This document shows positions 63,615 to 64,000 of a stretch of DNA of 64,000 nt, piece after piece. This DNA comes from Pseudomonadales bacterium (GTDB lineage Bacteria; Pseudomonadota; Gammaproteobacteria; Pseudomonadales; Azotimanducaceae): contig OY760134.1 of assembly GCA_963663145.1 (NCBI GenBank), positions 256,416 to 320,415 of the forward strand. The letters are read 5' to 3'. The notes under the pieces are model-generated. The model saw nothing but the letters and a program-made list of their open reading frames with translations. It was not told the DNA's origin and did no database searches. Within the stretch, counting starts at the first letter, position 1. Every line of letters begins with the position of its first letter. Made by a program: the position numbers and the translations under genes.

Positions 63615-64000
63615 CTAGCGCGGCGACAATCCGCGTTTCGCGCGCTCCTCGTTCATCCGCGCCTTGTCCACGGGCAGGCGTTCGCCGAGATCCTCTTCCG
63701 GGATGGTGCCTGCCATATGCGCTCCCGCTTTCTTACTGTTGTACATGATCTTTTTTACGGGTGTGACTGCGAGTATGACTCTTAAGGGAGAGTCAAGCAG
63801 ACTGTAAAACGCAGCTTCACCTTCCTCACTGTGCGGACTGACCTTTTTTGCAAGCGCGGCGTAGAACCACTTCTTGGTCTCATCGTCTTCAAAGAACTCT
63901 CCGGTGCCTTTGACGGTGATCGCACCTGTTGGCAAGTCTTGCGATGCGCCAGGTGCGTAACTTTTGCTGCTGACGTTGACCGAGACTCGATTGTCGCGAC
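63615..64000 (-). CDS. PPOX-class (pyridoxamine-5'-phosphate-oxidase-like FMN/F420-binding split-barrel) protein, 5' end outside window (tentative)
   Basis: The frame is open from 63615 to the window edge. The C-terminal pattern ITVKGTGEFFEDDE...RVILAVTPVKKIMYN resembles PPOX-family barrels. The assignment is by motif memory only. Confidence 0.45.
   Translation of the reverse strand, partial: RDNRVSVNVSSKSYAPGASQDLPTGAITVKGTGEFFEDDETKKWFYAALAKKVSPHSEEGEAAFYSLLDSPLRVILAVTPVKKIMYNSKKAGAHMAGTIPEEDLGERLPVDKARMNEERAKRGLSPR

Overview
This is a 64-kb chromosomal window from a moderately GC-rich Gammaproteobacterium. The taxon call is an inference from gene order: aspS-yebC-ruvCAB-tolQRAB-pal-cpoB-tRNA-Lys, rppH-ptsP and lgt-thyA match the Pseudomonas/Cellvibrionales-type backbone. 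GC statements are by eye and all repeat and hairpin coordinates were derived by hand. I count about 47 intact protein genes and 1 tRNA-Lys, with no rRNA and no CRISPR.

Housekeeping backbone: argA, ilvD, hemE, fabV, folA, thyA, lgt, ptsP, rppH, the tol-pal cluster, ruvCAB, aspS, proS, and prpE with an alpha-methylacyl-CoA racemase.

Accessory or decaying patches:
1. 2.9-17.6 kb holds a 2,549-aa FN3/Ig-bead autotransporter with a G8 tract upstream. It also holds two convergent P-loop ATPase/PD-(D/E)xK-like genes, a ferredoxin, a 5'-truncated crotonase gene, and an alpha-2-macroglobulin gene cut by a decaying IS3-family element.
2. 20.0-20.9 kb holds a GrdB/PrdB-family gene with an in-frame UGA, a UxxC motif and a SECIS-like hairpin, making it a candidate selenoprotein.
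3. 41.9-42.4 kb holds a cryptic hicB/hicA-like pair that is absent from the ORF track. Each gene has a stop at codon 5.
4. 48.5-50.7 kb holds an m5C-methyltransferase/HNH restriction cassette bracketed by a duplicated proS 3' end. Next to it are a truncated vapC and an orphan phd antitoxin.
5. 53.6-57.8 kb is a mosaic insert flanked by ~115-bp direct repeats. It carries a dead IS110-family recombinase with long 5' hairpins and a low-GC TonB-dependent receptor behind a Fur-box-like promoter.

Many long ORFs in the track are antisense artefacts of GC-rich coding DNA and were not called.
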